Below the pieces are notes generated by a model, which saw only the letters and a program-made list of their open reading frames with translations, made no database searches and was not told the DNA's origin. From assembly GCA_044224215.1 (NCBI GenBank), contig JBGAKX010000003.1, positions 329 through 64,328 of the forward strand: a DNA stretch of 64,000 bases, written 5' to 3'. Numbering within the stretch: position 1 is the stretch's first letter; each line of letters starts with the position of its first letter. The stretch comes from Blastocatellia bacterium. GTDB taxonomy: Bacteria; Acidobacteriota; Blastocatellia; UBA7656; JADIYM01. The translations under genes and the position numbers were made by a program. This document shows positions 21,654 through 29,988 of the stretch, piece by piece.

Positions 21654-23672
21654 ATGGCGCGCAAGCGTGTGAAAAAGGCCGTCGAGCCGCCTGTCGCGCC
21701 CGTCGCAGAACGTGCGCCCGAGCCGCAGCGTCCGGTCGTATTCGCCCACGCGCGCCTGATGTCGCGCCGTGACTGGCAACTGGCGGGTCTCGCCGCGGTG
21801 ATTGGCGTGGTCGCATATCTCGGCGCACTCGACAACCAGTTCGTCTACGACGACCAGTTCCAGATCCTGACGAACCCGACGCTGCAGTCGCTCGCGAACA
21901 TCCCGTGCATGTTCACCGAGAGCGTGTGGCAGTTCATGCAGAGCAACGCGTCGGACGCCGTCGGGCTCTATTACCGGCCGATCTTCAACATCGCGCTGAT
22001 CGTCAACTATCACCTGTTCGGCACGAATCCGTTCGGGTGGCACCTCGTGTCGCTTGCGCTGCACGTCGCCACGACCGTCGGCGTCTTCATGCTCGCGCGC
22101 CAGTGGAAGCTCTCGACCGAAACGGCGTTCGTCGCGGCGATGCTTTTCGGCCTGCATCCGGTGCATTGCGAATCGGTCGCGTGGGCTTCTGGACTTCCGG
22201 ACCCGTTGGCGGCCGTGTTCCTGCTCGGCGCGCTGCTGGCATTCGAGCGCAGGATGCACGTCGTGCTCGGACTTGCGCTCGCGTTGCTCGCGATGCTCAG
22301 CAAGGAGGTCTCGATCGTCTTTCCGGTGTTTCTGGTGGCGCGCGGTCTGCTCGACGAGGACCGTGAGGGAGGCGTGTTGAGCGCGGCGCCGAAGGCAATC
22401 GTTCGCGCGCTCCCGTATTTCGCGCTGACGGCGGCTACGCTCGCAATGCGGTACATGGTGCTTGGCTTCATCAGCAAGGCGGAACCAAAGGCCGTCGGAG
22501 TTCCGTCCGTCGACGTGTTGTGGACGATTCCGTCGGCGCTCCTCCACTACGCTCGAACGCTGGTGATTCCGTACCCGCTCGCCATCACGTACGACGTGAC
22601 CTTTGTTGCGTCGCCGGCGGACCCGCGCTTCTGGGGCTCGGTGCTTGCGCTCGCCGCGATCGCGGCGCTCCTTGTGTGGCTCGTGCGGTCGTCGGTCGTT
22701 GCGCAGCGCGCGCTCGTGTGGACGGTCCTGTTTCTCGTCCCCGTGCTCAACCTGAAGGCGTTCAACCCGGACGAGTCGCTCGTGCACGATCGTTACCTCT
22801 ACATTCCGTCGATCGGATTCTGTCTGCTCGTCGCGATGGGGATCGCGGCGGTTGCAGCGCGCCTTCCGGAGGCGCGACAGGCGTGGGTTCGGCGCGCAAC
22901 GGCGGCCGTCTTCGTCGTGCTGTTCGGCCTGACGGTGTACCAGAACGCCGTGTGGAACGACGACATCACGATGGCGACGCACGCGATCGAATTCGATGCC
23001 CGGCGGCCATTTCTCTACAACTATGTCGGGGCGATCTATGACCGGCAGAACGACCTGAAGTCGGCCGAGCAGTGGTACGGCAAGGCACTCGCGCTGCGGC
23101 CGGATTTCATGGACACGCTCTCGAACCTCGGCGACGTGTACAACCGCCAGGGCCGGTATGCCGAAGCGCAGCAGATGTTCACGCGGTCGGCTGAGGCGGG
23201 GTCGCCCTACTACAGCACCTACTACAACCTCGGGATCGTCTCGATCAGTCTCAAGCAACTCCCCGAAGCACGCACCGCGTTTGCGCGCGCGCACGAAATC
23301 GATCCGCGGAATCCCGAAGCCGTGTTCTCGCTCGGGTGGGTCGCCGATCAGCAGGACGACCGGGCGGATGCCGAACAGTTCTACCTCGAGGCGTTGCGGT
23401 TGAAGCCGGCCTACGCTGAACCGCGGATCAACCTCGCCGTGCTGCAGACAAAGGAGGGGCGCTTTGACGAGGCGCTCGCGAACCTGTCATACGTTCAGAA
23501 GATCGCGCCGGCGCAACCAGTGATGCTGTACGCATTGGGCGACCTGTACATGAAGATGGGGCGATACAACGACGCGATTGCGCCGTTGACGCGGTTGACC
23601 GAGGCTCAGCCGTCGAACGTGATGGCGCAGCAGGCGCTCGCGGCGTGCCGCGCGCAGGCGTCTGCTCCGTAA
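21654..23672 (+). CDS. TMTC-like GT-C membrane glycosyltransferase with TPR repeats
   Basis: FVYDD, YYRP, LFGLHPVHCESVAW, LSKE, DRYLYIPS; many TM helices; C-terminal TPRs (NLG repeats). Confidence 0.85.
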   Translation: MARKRVKKAVEPPVAPVAERAPEPQRPVVFAHARLMSRRDWQLAGLAAVIGVVAYLGALDNQFVYDDQFQILTNPTLQSLANIPCMFTESVWQFMQSNASDAVGLYYRPIFNIALIVNYHLFGTNPFGWHLVSLALHVATTVGVFMLARQWKLSTETAFVAAMLFGLHPVHCESVAWASGLPDPLAAVFLLGALLAFERRMHVVLGLALALLAMLSKEVSIVFPVFLVARGLLDEDREGGVLSAAPKAIVRALPYFALTAATLAMRYMVLGFISKAEPKAVGVPSVDVLWTIPSALLHYARTLVIPYPLAITYDVTFVASPADPRFWGSVLALAAIAALLVWLVRSSVVAQRALVWTVLFLVPVLNLKAFNPDESLVHDRYLYIPSIGFCLLVAMGIAAVAARLPEARQAWVRRATAAVFVVLFGLTVYQNAVWNDDITMATHAIEFDARRPFLYNYVGAIYDRQNDLKSAEQWYGKALALRPDFMDTLSNLGDVYNRQGRYAEAQQMFTRSAEAGSPYYSTYYNLGIVSISLKQLPEARTAFARAHEIDPRNPEAVFSLGWVADQQDDRADAEQFYLEALRLKPAYAEPRINLAVLQTKEGRFDEALANLSYVQKIAPAQPVMLYALGDLYMKMGRYNDAIAPLTRLTEAQPSNVMAQQALAACRAQASAP

Positions 23673-23673
23673 G

Positions 23674-23763
23674 ACGCAGAGCCGATCCCGTCAGGGATCG
23701 GGGGAACTGTTCGTTGCGCGTGCCGTGGAATTCCCCCGATCGCTCACGCGATCGGCTCTGCGT
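23674..23763. repeat. REPIN-like element, copy A (inverted relative to the copies at 48840 and 49007)
   Basis: ACGCAGAGCCGATC...GATCGGCTCTGCGT, a 90-bp imperfect palindrome between convergent genes. Confidence 0.85.
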
Positions 23764-23789
23764 TCGGCGATGTATTCGCCCGCCCTCTG

Positions 23790-24251
23790 CTACCAGTGCA
23801 TCCGCTTCGGCTCGCGCGCATCCTTCTCGGCGTTCTCGTACCCCAGCACCGTGTAATAGATCGCCTTGTCAAAGAACTGTCCGGCCCGACGCTGGACAGT
23901 CTCCTGGTGGTAAAGGTCCATGATCGAGTCGATCAGCTGGTTGCGCTGCAGGTACGCCACCAGGTGCCACTTCGCGAGAACGATCGCATACACCATCTCG
24001 CTGAGCGGAATTCCCGCCGCGAGCCGCCGTCGCGACAGCGTTCCGTAGAGCTCCTCGAATGTCGCGTCGTCAGGTTCGTGGAGCCACTTTGCAAAATCCT
24101 GGTAGAGGTTTCGAACGCCGCGCGTCAGGTCATCCTGTGGCAATGAGTGCATCGAAGCCGTTCGCAAGTTCTTCCGCACATCCTCGACGAACTCGCGGGT
24201 CAAGGCATCGGCGTGCGTCTCGACAAGGTCTATGAGATTGGTCTGCGTCAT
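23790..24251 (-). CDS. Stand-alone RsbRD-N-like (globin-like helical) protein
   Basis: RR...GIPLSE.V.A....K and FFDKAIYY.V.GYE patterns; GGAGG RBS. Confidence 0.65.
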   Translation of the reverse strand: MTQTNLIDLVETHADALTREFVEDVRKNLRTASMHSLPQDDLTRGVRNLYQDFAKWLHEPDDATFEELYGTLSRRRLAAGIPLSEMVYAIVLAKWHLVAYLQRNQLIDSIMDLYHQETVQRRAGQFFDKAIYYTVLGYENAEKDAREPKRMHW

Positions 24252-24366
24252 GCGCGCACCTCCGATGAGAATTGAACTTCGTTGAGTCCATTATTGACTT
24301 GCAGTCGGGCGTCGTCAATCCGGCCCGAATCCGCGCGTCGCCGCACTTCTCGCCGCCGACGAGCCG

Positions 24367-24427
24367 TTGACACCGGAGACGCATACCGGCTATTTTTCGA
24401 CCCGTGAGTCAAAAATTGAATTCAAAT
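24367..24427 (+). promoter_or_regulatory. Promoter and candidate TetR operator of the molybdoenzyme operon
   Basis: TTGACA (24367), 18 nt, TATTTT (24391); palindrome TTGAATTCAA at 24416-24425. Confidence 0.55.
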
Positions 24428-25069
24428 TCGATTGTTGAGCTGGCCGAGCCGTCGCGGCGCGAGCGCAAGGCCGTCGAGCGGCGACTCGCCATCCTGCGAG
24501 CGGCGGCGGGCGTCTTTCGTGACCGCGGCTACGAAGGCGCGTCGATGGACGAGATCGCCGAGCGGCTCGACATGGCCAAGGGCAACCTCTACTACTACTT
24601 CAAGAACAAGCAGGAGCTGCTCTACTTCTGCCAGGACCACTCGCTCGAGCTGCTCGTCGCCGGTGCGCGCGAGATCCTCGCCAGCACGGACGGCGACGAC
24701 GAAAAGCTGCGCCGGCTGATCGTGGCGCACGTCGTGTGCGTGCTCGACGAGCTCGACGGCGCGTCGGCGCACACCGAGGTCCACACGCTGCCCGACGATC
24801 TGCGGGCCAACATCATCGCAAAGCGCGACGTCTACGAATCGCTCGTCCGCTCGCTCGTCCAGTCCGGCATCAAGACCGGCGTCTTTGCGGCGCTCGACGC
24901 CAAGATGACGACGCTCGCGCTCCTCGGGGCGCTCAACGGCGCCACGCGATGGTACCGGCCGGGCGGCGGCCGCGCGCCCTCGGCGATCGGCGAGAGCTTC
25001 GCCGCGCTGTTTCTCGACGGGCTCCGGCACGCGGAAGCCCAGGACAAGACACTCCGGAGGATCCAATGA
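24404..25069 (+). CDS. TetR family regulator (KstR2/PaaR-like C-terminus)
   Basis: GYEGASMDEIA...KGNLYYYFKNKQELL HTH; C-terminal RWYRPGG. Confidence 0.9.
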   Translation: MSQKLNSNSIVELAEPSRRERKAVERRLAILRAAAGVFRDRGYEGASMDEIAERLDMAKGNLYYYFKNKQELLYFCQDHSLELLVAGAREILASTDGDDEKLRRLIVAHVVCVLDELDGASAHTEVHTLPDDLRANIIAKRDVYESLVRSLVQSGIKTGVFAALDAKMTTLALLGALNGATRWYRPGGGRAPSAIGESFAALFLDGLRHAEAQDKTLRRIQ

Positions 25070-25623
25070 GCGCACCAGTGCAGATTCAGCGCTCGCGCAA
25101 ACAGCGGCCGACGAAGCGGCGCGCCGCGTTCGTCGTCAACGGCGAGCCGGTCGACGTGCTCTTCGCTCCGCACAAGACGCTGCTGGAGGTCCTGCGCGAA
25201 GACCTCAACCTGACCGGCACGAAGCACGGCTGCGAGCTCGGCGAATGCGGCGCGTGCGCCGTGCTCGTCGACGGGCAGCCGGTACTGTCGTGCCTGGTGC
25301 TCGGTCTCGAGGCGGAAGGCCGTCACGTAACCACGGTCGAGGGAATGGCGGACGGCGCGACGCTCCACCCGATACAGGAAGCGTTCGCCGAATACGGCGC
25401 CGCGCAGTGCGGCTACTGCACGCCGAGCTTCATGCTGACGGCGCAGGTGCTGCTCGAGAAGAACCCGTCGCCAACGCGCGACGAGATCCGCGAAGCGCTC
25501 GCAAGCAGCATCTGCCGCTGCACCGGATACATAAAGATCTACGAAGCTGTGGAGCTCGCGGCCGCGCGCATGCGCGGCGAAGAGGCCGAGATGGTCGAGG
25601 AGAGCATCTATGGCAGGAGATAA
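25066..25623 (+). CDS. Molybdoenzyme 2x[2Fe-2S] small subunit (HcrC/CoxS-like)
   Basis: GTKHGCELGECGAC...SC and QCGYCTP...CRCTGY. Confidence 0.93.
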   Translation: MSAPVQIQRSRKQRPTKRRAAFVVNGEPVDVLFAPHKTLLEVLREDLNLTGTKHGCELGECGACAVLVDGQPVLSCLVLGLEAEGRHVTTVEGMADGATLHPIQEAFAEYGAAQCGYCTPSFMLTAQVLLEKNPSPTRDEIREALASSICRCTGYIKIYEAVELAAARMRGEEAEMVEESIYGRR

Positions 25624-28180
25624 AGACGCCGCGGACAAGCAGGCCGCAGATTTGCGCGAATTACGCAAATCAGACACAGACCAGGGCGTAGGTATCTTTC
25701 CAAAAGGTGGCGGCGAGCGGTCCGACGGCGCCGTCATCGGCAAGCCGTTCGTAAAGGTCGACGCGCGGGCAAAGGTCACCGGCATGCTGAAGTTCGCCGA
25801 CGACCTCGTGCTTCCGCGAATGCTGTTCGCCAAGATGCTTCGCTCGACCGAGGCGCACGCGCGCATCGTCAACATCGACACGAGCCGTGCGCTCGCCCTC
25901 GACGGAGTCCACGCGATTCTCGTTGGCTCGGACATGCCGATCCCCTACGGCATCCTGCCCGTCAGCCAGGACGAGCACGCGCTCTGTCTGGAACGTGTTC
26001 GTTACATTGGAGATCCGGTTGCGGCCGTCGCCGCCGTCGACGAAGAGACCGCTGAGGAGGCGTGCCGCCTGATCGACGTCACCTACGAGCCGCTCGAGAC
26101 GATCGACTCGGTGCAGAAGGCGCTCAAGACGCCCGAGCCGCGGATCCACGACTACGGCGAAGAGGGCAACATCCACAAACGCGTGAACCTCGAGTTCGGC
26201 GATCTCGACGCAGGGTTCGCCGAGTCCGACCACATTCGCGAAGACCTCTTCTTCTACGAAGGCAACACGCACCTGCCGCTCGAACAGCACGCGAGCCTCG
26301 CCGAATGGCATCCCGACGGAAAGGTCACGCTGTGGAGCTCGACGCAGACCCCGCACTACGTGCATCGCGCGCTCGCAAAGGTGCTCGAGATGCCGCCGTC
26401 GCGCGTGCGCGTCGTCGCGATCCCGAACGGCGGCGGCTTCGGTGGAAAGAGCGACATCTTCAATCATGAGATTGCCGTGGCCAAGCTCGCGCAGGTGACG
26501 GGCCGACCGGTCAAGATCTGCCTCACGCGCGAAGAGGTCTTCTACTGCCACCGCGGACGCCATCCGGTCCTGATGAAATTCAAGACGGGTGTCGACGCCA
26601 CCGGCCGCATCAAGGCAATGGCGTGCGAGACGTACATCGACGGCGGAGCGTACGGAAGCTACGGCGTCGCGTCGACGTTCTACACGGGTGCGCTGCAGAC
26701 GGTGACGTATGACGTCGAGCGGTACAAGTTCGACTCGGTGCGCTGCTTCACCAACAAGCCGCCGTGCGGACCAAAGCGCGGGCATGGAACGCCGCAGCCA
26801 CGGTTCGGGCTCGAGATCCAGATCGACAAGATCGCCGAGGACCTGAACATCGACCCGGTCAAGATTCGCAAGGACCACCTCGTCGCGCCGTACACCGTCA
26901 CGGCGAACTACCTGCGGGTGGGTTCGATGGGCCTCGGGCCGTGTCTCGACAAGATCGTCGACGGATCCGGCTGGGCAGACAAGTTCCGCAAACTCCCGTA
27001 CGGCAAGGGGATAGGGATTGCCTGCGGATCGTACCTGTCGGGCGCGGGTCTGCCGATCTACTGGAACGACATGCCGCATTCGGGCGTCCAGATAAAGCTT
27101 GATCGCTCGGGCGGCGTTGCGGTCTTCTGCGGTGCGACGGACATCGGCCAGGGCTCGGATTCGGTGCTCGCATTCATCGTCGCCGACGTACTCGGCATCG
27201 ATCCGGTGGACATCCGAGTCGTCACGGCCGACACCGACCTGACGCCGGTGGACCTTGGCAGCTACTCGAGCCGCGTCACGCTGATGATGGGGAACGCCGC
27301 GATCGAAGCCGCCGAGCGCGCCCGCTCACCGCTCGCCGAGGCGGTGTCGACAAAACTCGGCGTACCGCGAACGAGGCTCGTGTTTGGCGGCAACCGAGTG
27401 TTCGACGCCGAGAACCCAGAGACCGGCGTCACGTTTGCGGAAGCCGTGCAGATCGCCGAGACGAAGTTCGGGACGATCGGTTCGACCGGCAGTTACACGC
27501 CTCCCCGATCGCCGGGCAAGTTCAAGGGCGCCGGCGTCGGACCGTCGCCCGCGTACAGCTACTCGGCCGCGGTTGCCGAGGTTGACGTCGATCCCGAGAC
27601 AGGGCTCGTCGCCGTATCGCGCATCTACATTGCGCACGACATCGGCCGCTCGATCAACCCCACACTCGTGATGGGACAGGTCGAAGGCAGCGTCTACATG
27701 GGGCTCGGCGAGGCGCTGATGGAGGAGATGGCGTATCGCGGCAATCGAGGCGTCATCCACAAGTTCCCGTCGATGCTCGAGTACAAGAGCCCGACGACGC
27801 TCGAGATGTGCGACGTCGTGACCTACCTGATCGAGGACCCGGATCCGAACGGTCCGTACGGCGCGAAGGAGGTCGGTCAGGGGCCGCTCCTTCCGGTGAT
27901 GCCGGCCGTGGCAAACGCTGTCTATGACGCCGTCGGCGTGCGCGTCGACGAGGTGCCGATCTCGGCAGAGAAGGTACTGAAGGCGATCCGCGCGAAGGCC
28001 GACGGCAAGGAAGCCCGGTACGGCCCGACAAAGACGCCGCCGGTCGAATGGCACGAGCCGCTCAGGGTGCTGCCGCCCTGGGAAGGCGGCGACGGCCGCG
28101 CGTCGAACGATCCGAAACACGTTCCGCCTCCGGCGGATCCTTCGGGCCACCGGTACAAGCACGACATGAGCGCGGATTAG
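25610..28180 (+). CDS. Xanthine-oxidase-family Mo-binding large subunit (HcrA-like)
   Basis: STQ, GGGFGGK, RGHG, DIGQGS, YSSR, GQVEGS, GAKEVGQG. Confidence 0.92.
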   Translation: MAGDKDAADKQAADLRELRKSDTDQGVGIFPKGGGERSDGAVIGKPFVKVDARAKVTGMLKFADDLVLPRMLFAKMLRSTEAHARIVNIDTSRALALDGVHAILVGSDMPIPYGILPVSQDEHALCLERVRYIGDPVAAVAAVDEETAEEACRLIDVTYEPLETIDSVQKALKTPEPRIHDYGEEGNIHKRVNLEFGDLDAGFAESDHIREDLFFYEGNTHLPLEQHASLAEWHPDGKVTLWSSTQTPHYVHRALAKVLEMPPSRVRVVAIPNGGGFGGKSDIFNHEIAVAKLAQVTGRPVKICLTREEVFYCHRGRHPVLMKFKTGVDATGRIKAMACETYIDGGAYGSYGVASTFYTGALQTVTYDVERYKFDSVRCFTNKPPCGPKRGHGTPQPRFGLEIQIDKIAEDLNIDPVKIRKDHLVAPYTVTANYLRVGSMGLGPCLDKIVDGSGWADKFRKLPYGKGIGIACGSYLSGAGLPIYWNDMPHSGVQIKLDRSGGVAVFCGATDIGQGSDSVLAFIVADVLGIDPVDIRVVTADTDLTPVDLGSYSSRVTLMMGNAAIEAAERARSPLAEAVSTKLGVPRTRLVFGGNRVFDAENPETGVTFAEAVQIAETKFGTIGSTGSYTPPRSPGKFKGAGVGPSPAYSYSAAVAEVDVDPETGLVAVSRIYIAHDIGRSINPTLVMGQVEGSVYMGLGEALMEEMAYRGNRGVIHKFPSMLEYKSPTTLEMCDVVTYLIEDPDPNGPYGAKEVGQGPLLPVMPAVANAVYDAVGVRVDEVPISAEKVLKAIRAKADGKEARYGPTKTPPVEWHEPLRVLPPWEGGDGRASNDPKHVPPPADPSGHRYKHDMSAD

Positions 28181-28224
28181 CGCAAATTAGCGTTCATCTG
28201 CGGCTGCTCCGATTTGATTCAACC

Positions 28225-29211
28225 ATGCTAAGACTCCCAGATTTTGACTACTACGTGCCGCGCACAATCGACGACGCGGTGAAGATCATGGCCGACCACG
28301 GCCCTGACGCTGCGTTCGTCGCCGGCGGCACCGACCTGTACCCGAACATGAAGCGCCGGCAGCAGATGCCCACTGCCGTCATCGGGCTGTCGCGCATCGA
28401 CGCGCTGCGTTCGATCACGGGCGATCCGTCGACCGGGCTTTGCGTCGGCGCGGGCGTCACGCTCACCGAGCTCGCCGAGGATCCGCGCGTTCGCTCCTCG
28501 TACCCGATGGTCGCGAGCGCGGCGGAGTCGATCTCCACGCCGCTCCTTCGGAACATGGGAACCATCGGCGGCAACCTGCTGCTCGACACGCGCTGCAACT
28601 ACTATGACCAAACGTTCGAGTGGCGCCGGTCGATCGACTTCTGCATGAAGAAGGACGGCAATATCTGCTGGGTCGCGCCGTCGAGCCCGAAGTGCTGGGC
28701 CGTCAACTCGTCCGACGAAGCGCCTTTGATGGTGGCGCTTGGAGCAAAGCTCCGGTTCGTCTCGCCCTCCGGAGAGCGTGTGATCGAAGCGCGCGACCTC
28801 TATCAGAACGACGGTATCCAATACATGACCAAGCGGCCCGACGAGCTGCTTGTCGACATCACGCTGCCCGCGACGAACGGCTGGCGGGCGACATACGTCA
28901 AGCTCAGACGGCGCGACACGTACGACTTCCCCGTGCTCGGCGTCGCGGCGCGGATCAAGACCGCGGCGGACGGGACGGTCACCGAGGCCTCGCTCGTGCT
29001 GGGCGCGGTGTCGCCGAGTCCGATGGAGGTGCCTGAGGCAGTCGCGAAACTCGTGGGACGGCCGCTGACGGATGAGTCGATCCAGGAAGCTGCCGAGATT
29101 GCGCAGCACCTGGCGCGGCCGCTGGACAACACCGACTTCATGCCCGCGTGGCGCAAACAGGTCGTCGAGACGTACGTCACGCGCGCACTCAGGGAAATCA
29201 GCCGCGGATGA
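28225..29211 (+). CDS. FAD subunit with [4Fe-4S] insertion (HcrB-like)
   Basis: AGGTDL, RNMGTIGGNL; insertion RCNYYDQ..WR..IDFCMKKDG.ICWV.....KCWA with four Cys. Confidence 0.92.
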   Translation: MLRLPDFDYYVPRTIDDAVKIMADHGPDAAFVAGGTDLYPNMKRRQQMPTAVIGLSRIDALRSITGDPSTGLCVGAGVTLTELAEDPRVRSSYPMVASAAESISTPLLRNMGTIGGNLLLDTRCNYYDQTFEWRRSIDFCMKKDGNICWVAPSSPKCWAVNSSDEAPLMVALGAKLRFVSPSGERVIEARDLYQNDGIQYMTKRPDELLVDITLPATNGWRATYVKLRRRDTYDFPVLGVAARIKTAADGTVTEASLVLGAVSPSPMEVPEAVAKLVGRPLTDESIQEAAEIAQHLARPLDNTDFMPAWRKQVVETYVTRALREISRG

Positions 29212-29930
29212 ACGCAGATGAACACGGATCTGCGTTCATCCGCGTTCTGGATTTCGTCGCGCGGGGTGAGTCTGTTGTTCTCGTGACCGCGCTCGGCGGG
29301 CCGGCCGAGCATCGGGTCATTGCGGCGGCCGAAACGGGCGAGTTCGGCGACATTGCCGGCGAGGCATTGCGATCGGGCAAACCGCGCGTCGCAACGATCG
29401 GCGACCGCGAATACTACTTCGAGCCGTACGCCGCGCCACCGTCCATCATTATCTGCGGTGCCGGCCACATCGCCGTTCCGCTCGCGCGCATGGCGGCATT
29501 CGCCGGCTGCACGGTGACGGTCATCGACGACCGCGCCGACTATGCCAACGCTCGCCGATTCCCGGACGCCACGACGATCCTCGCCGAGCCGTTCGCGGAC
29601 GCGCTCGCGCGGACACCGATGACGCCGAACACGGCGGTTGTCCTCGTGACACGCGGACACCGATACGACTGGGACTGTCTGCGCGCCGTGATCGGGCGCG
29701 GCGCGGGCTACATCGGAATGATCGGCAGCCGCCGGCGCGTCAAGGCGGCCCTGCTCGGTCTCGAACGCGAAGGCATTCCCGCTTCCGGCCTCGCTCGAAT
29801 CGCCGCGCCGATCGGTCTCGACATCGGCGCCGAGACACCCGAAGAGATCGCCGTTGCGATACTCGCCGAGATCATCCTCTCGCGCCGCACCGGCACCGGC
29901 CGGCCGTTGTCGGCGACCGATCCGGGGTAG
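29208..29930 (+). CDS. XdhC family Moco maturation factor, Rossmann (C-terminal) half
   Basis: ICGAGHIA, DDR, VTRGH..D, YIGMIGSRRR, PIGLDIGAETPEEIA; ATGA overlap with the FAD subunit gene. Confidence 0.9.
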   Translation: MNADEHGSAFIRVLDFVARGESVVLVTALGGPAEHRVIAAAETGEFGDIAGEALRSGKPRVATIGDREYYFEPYAAPPSIIICGAGHIAVPLARMAAFAGCTVTVIDDRADYANARRFPDATTILAEPFADALARTPMTPNTAVVLVTRGHRYDWDCLRAVIGRGAGYIGMIGSRRRVKAALLGLEREGIPASGLARIAAPIGLDIGAETPEEIAVAILAEIILSRRTGTGRPLSATDPG

Positions 29931-29988
29931 CGAGGCCCGCACGCTCCCTTTGCACCGCAACGCCTTTGCGTGCAACAGTACTCGGACA

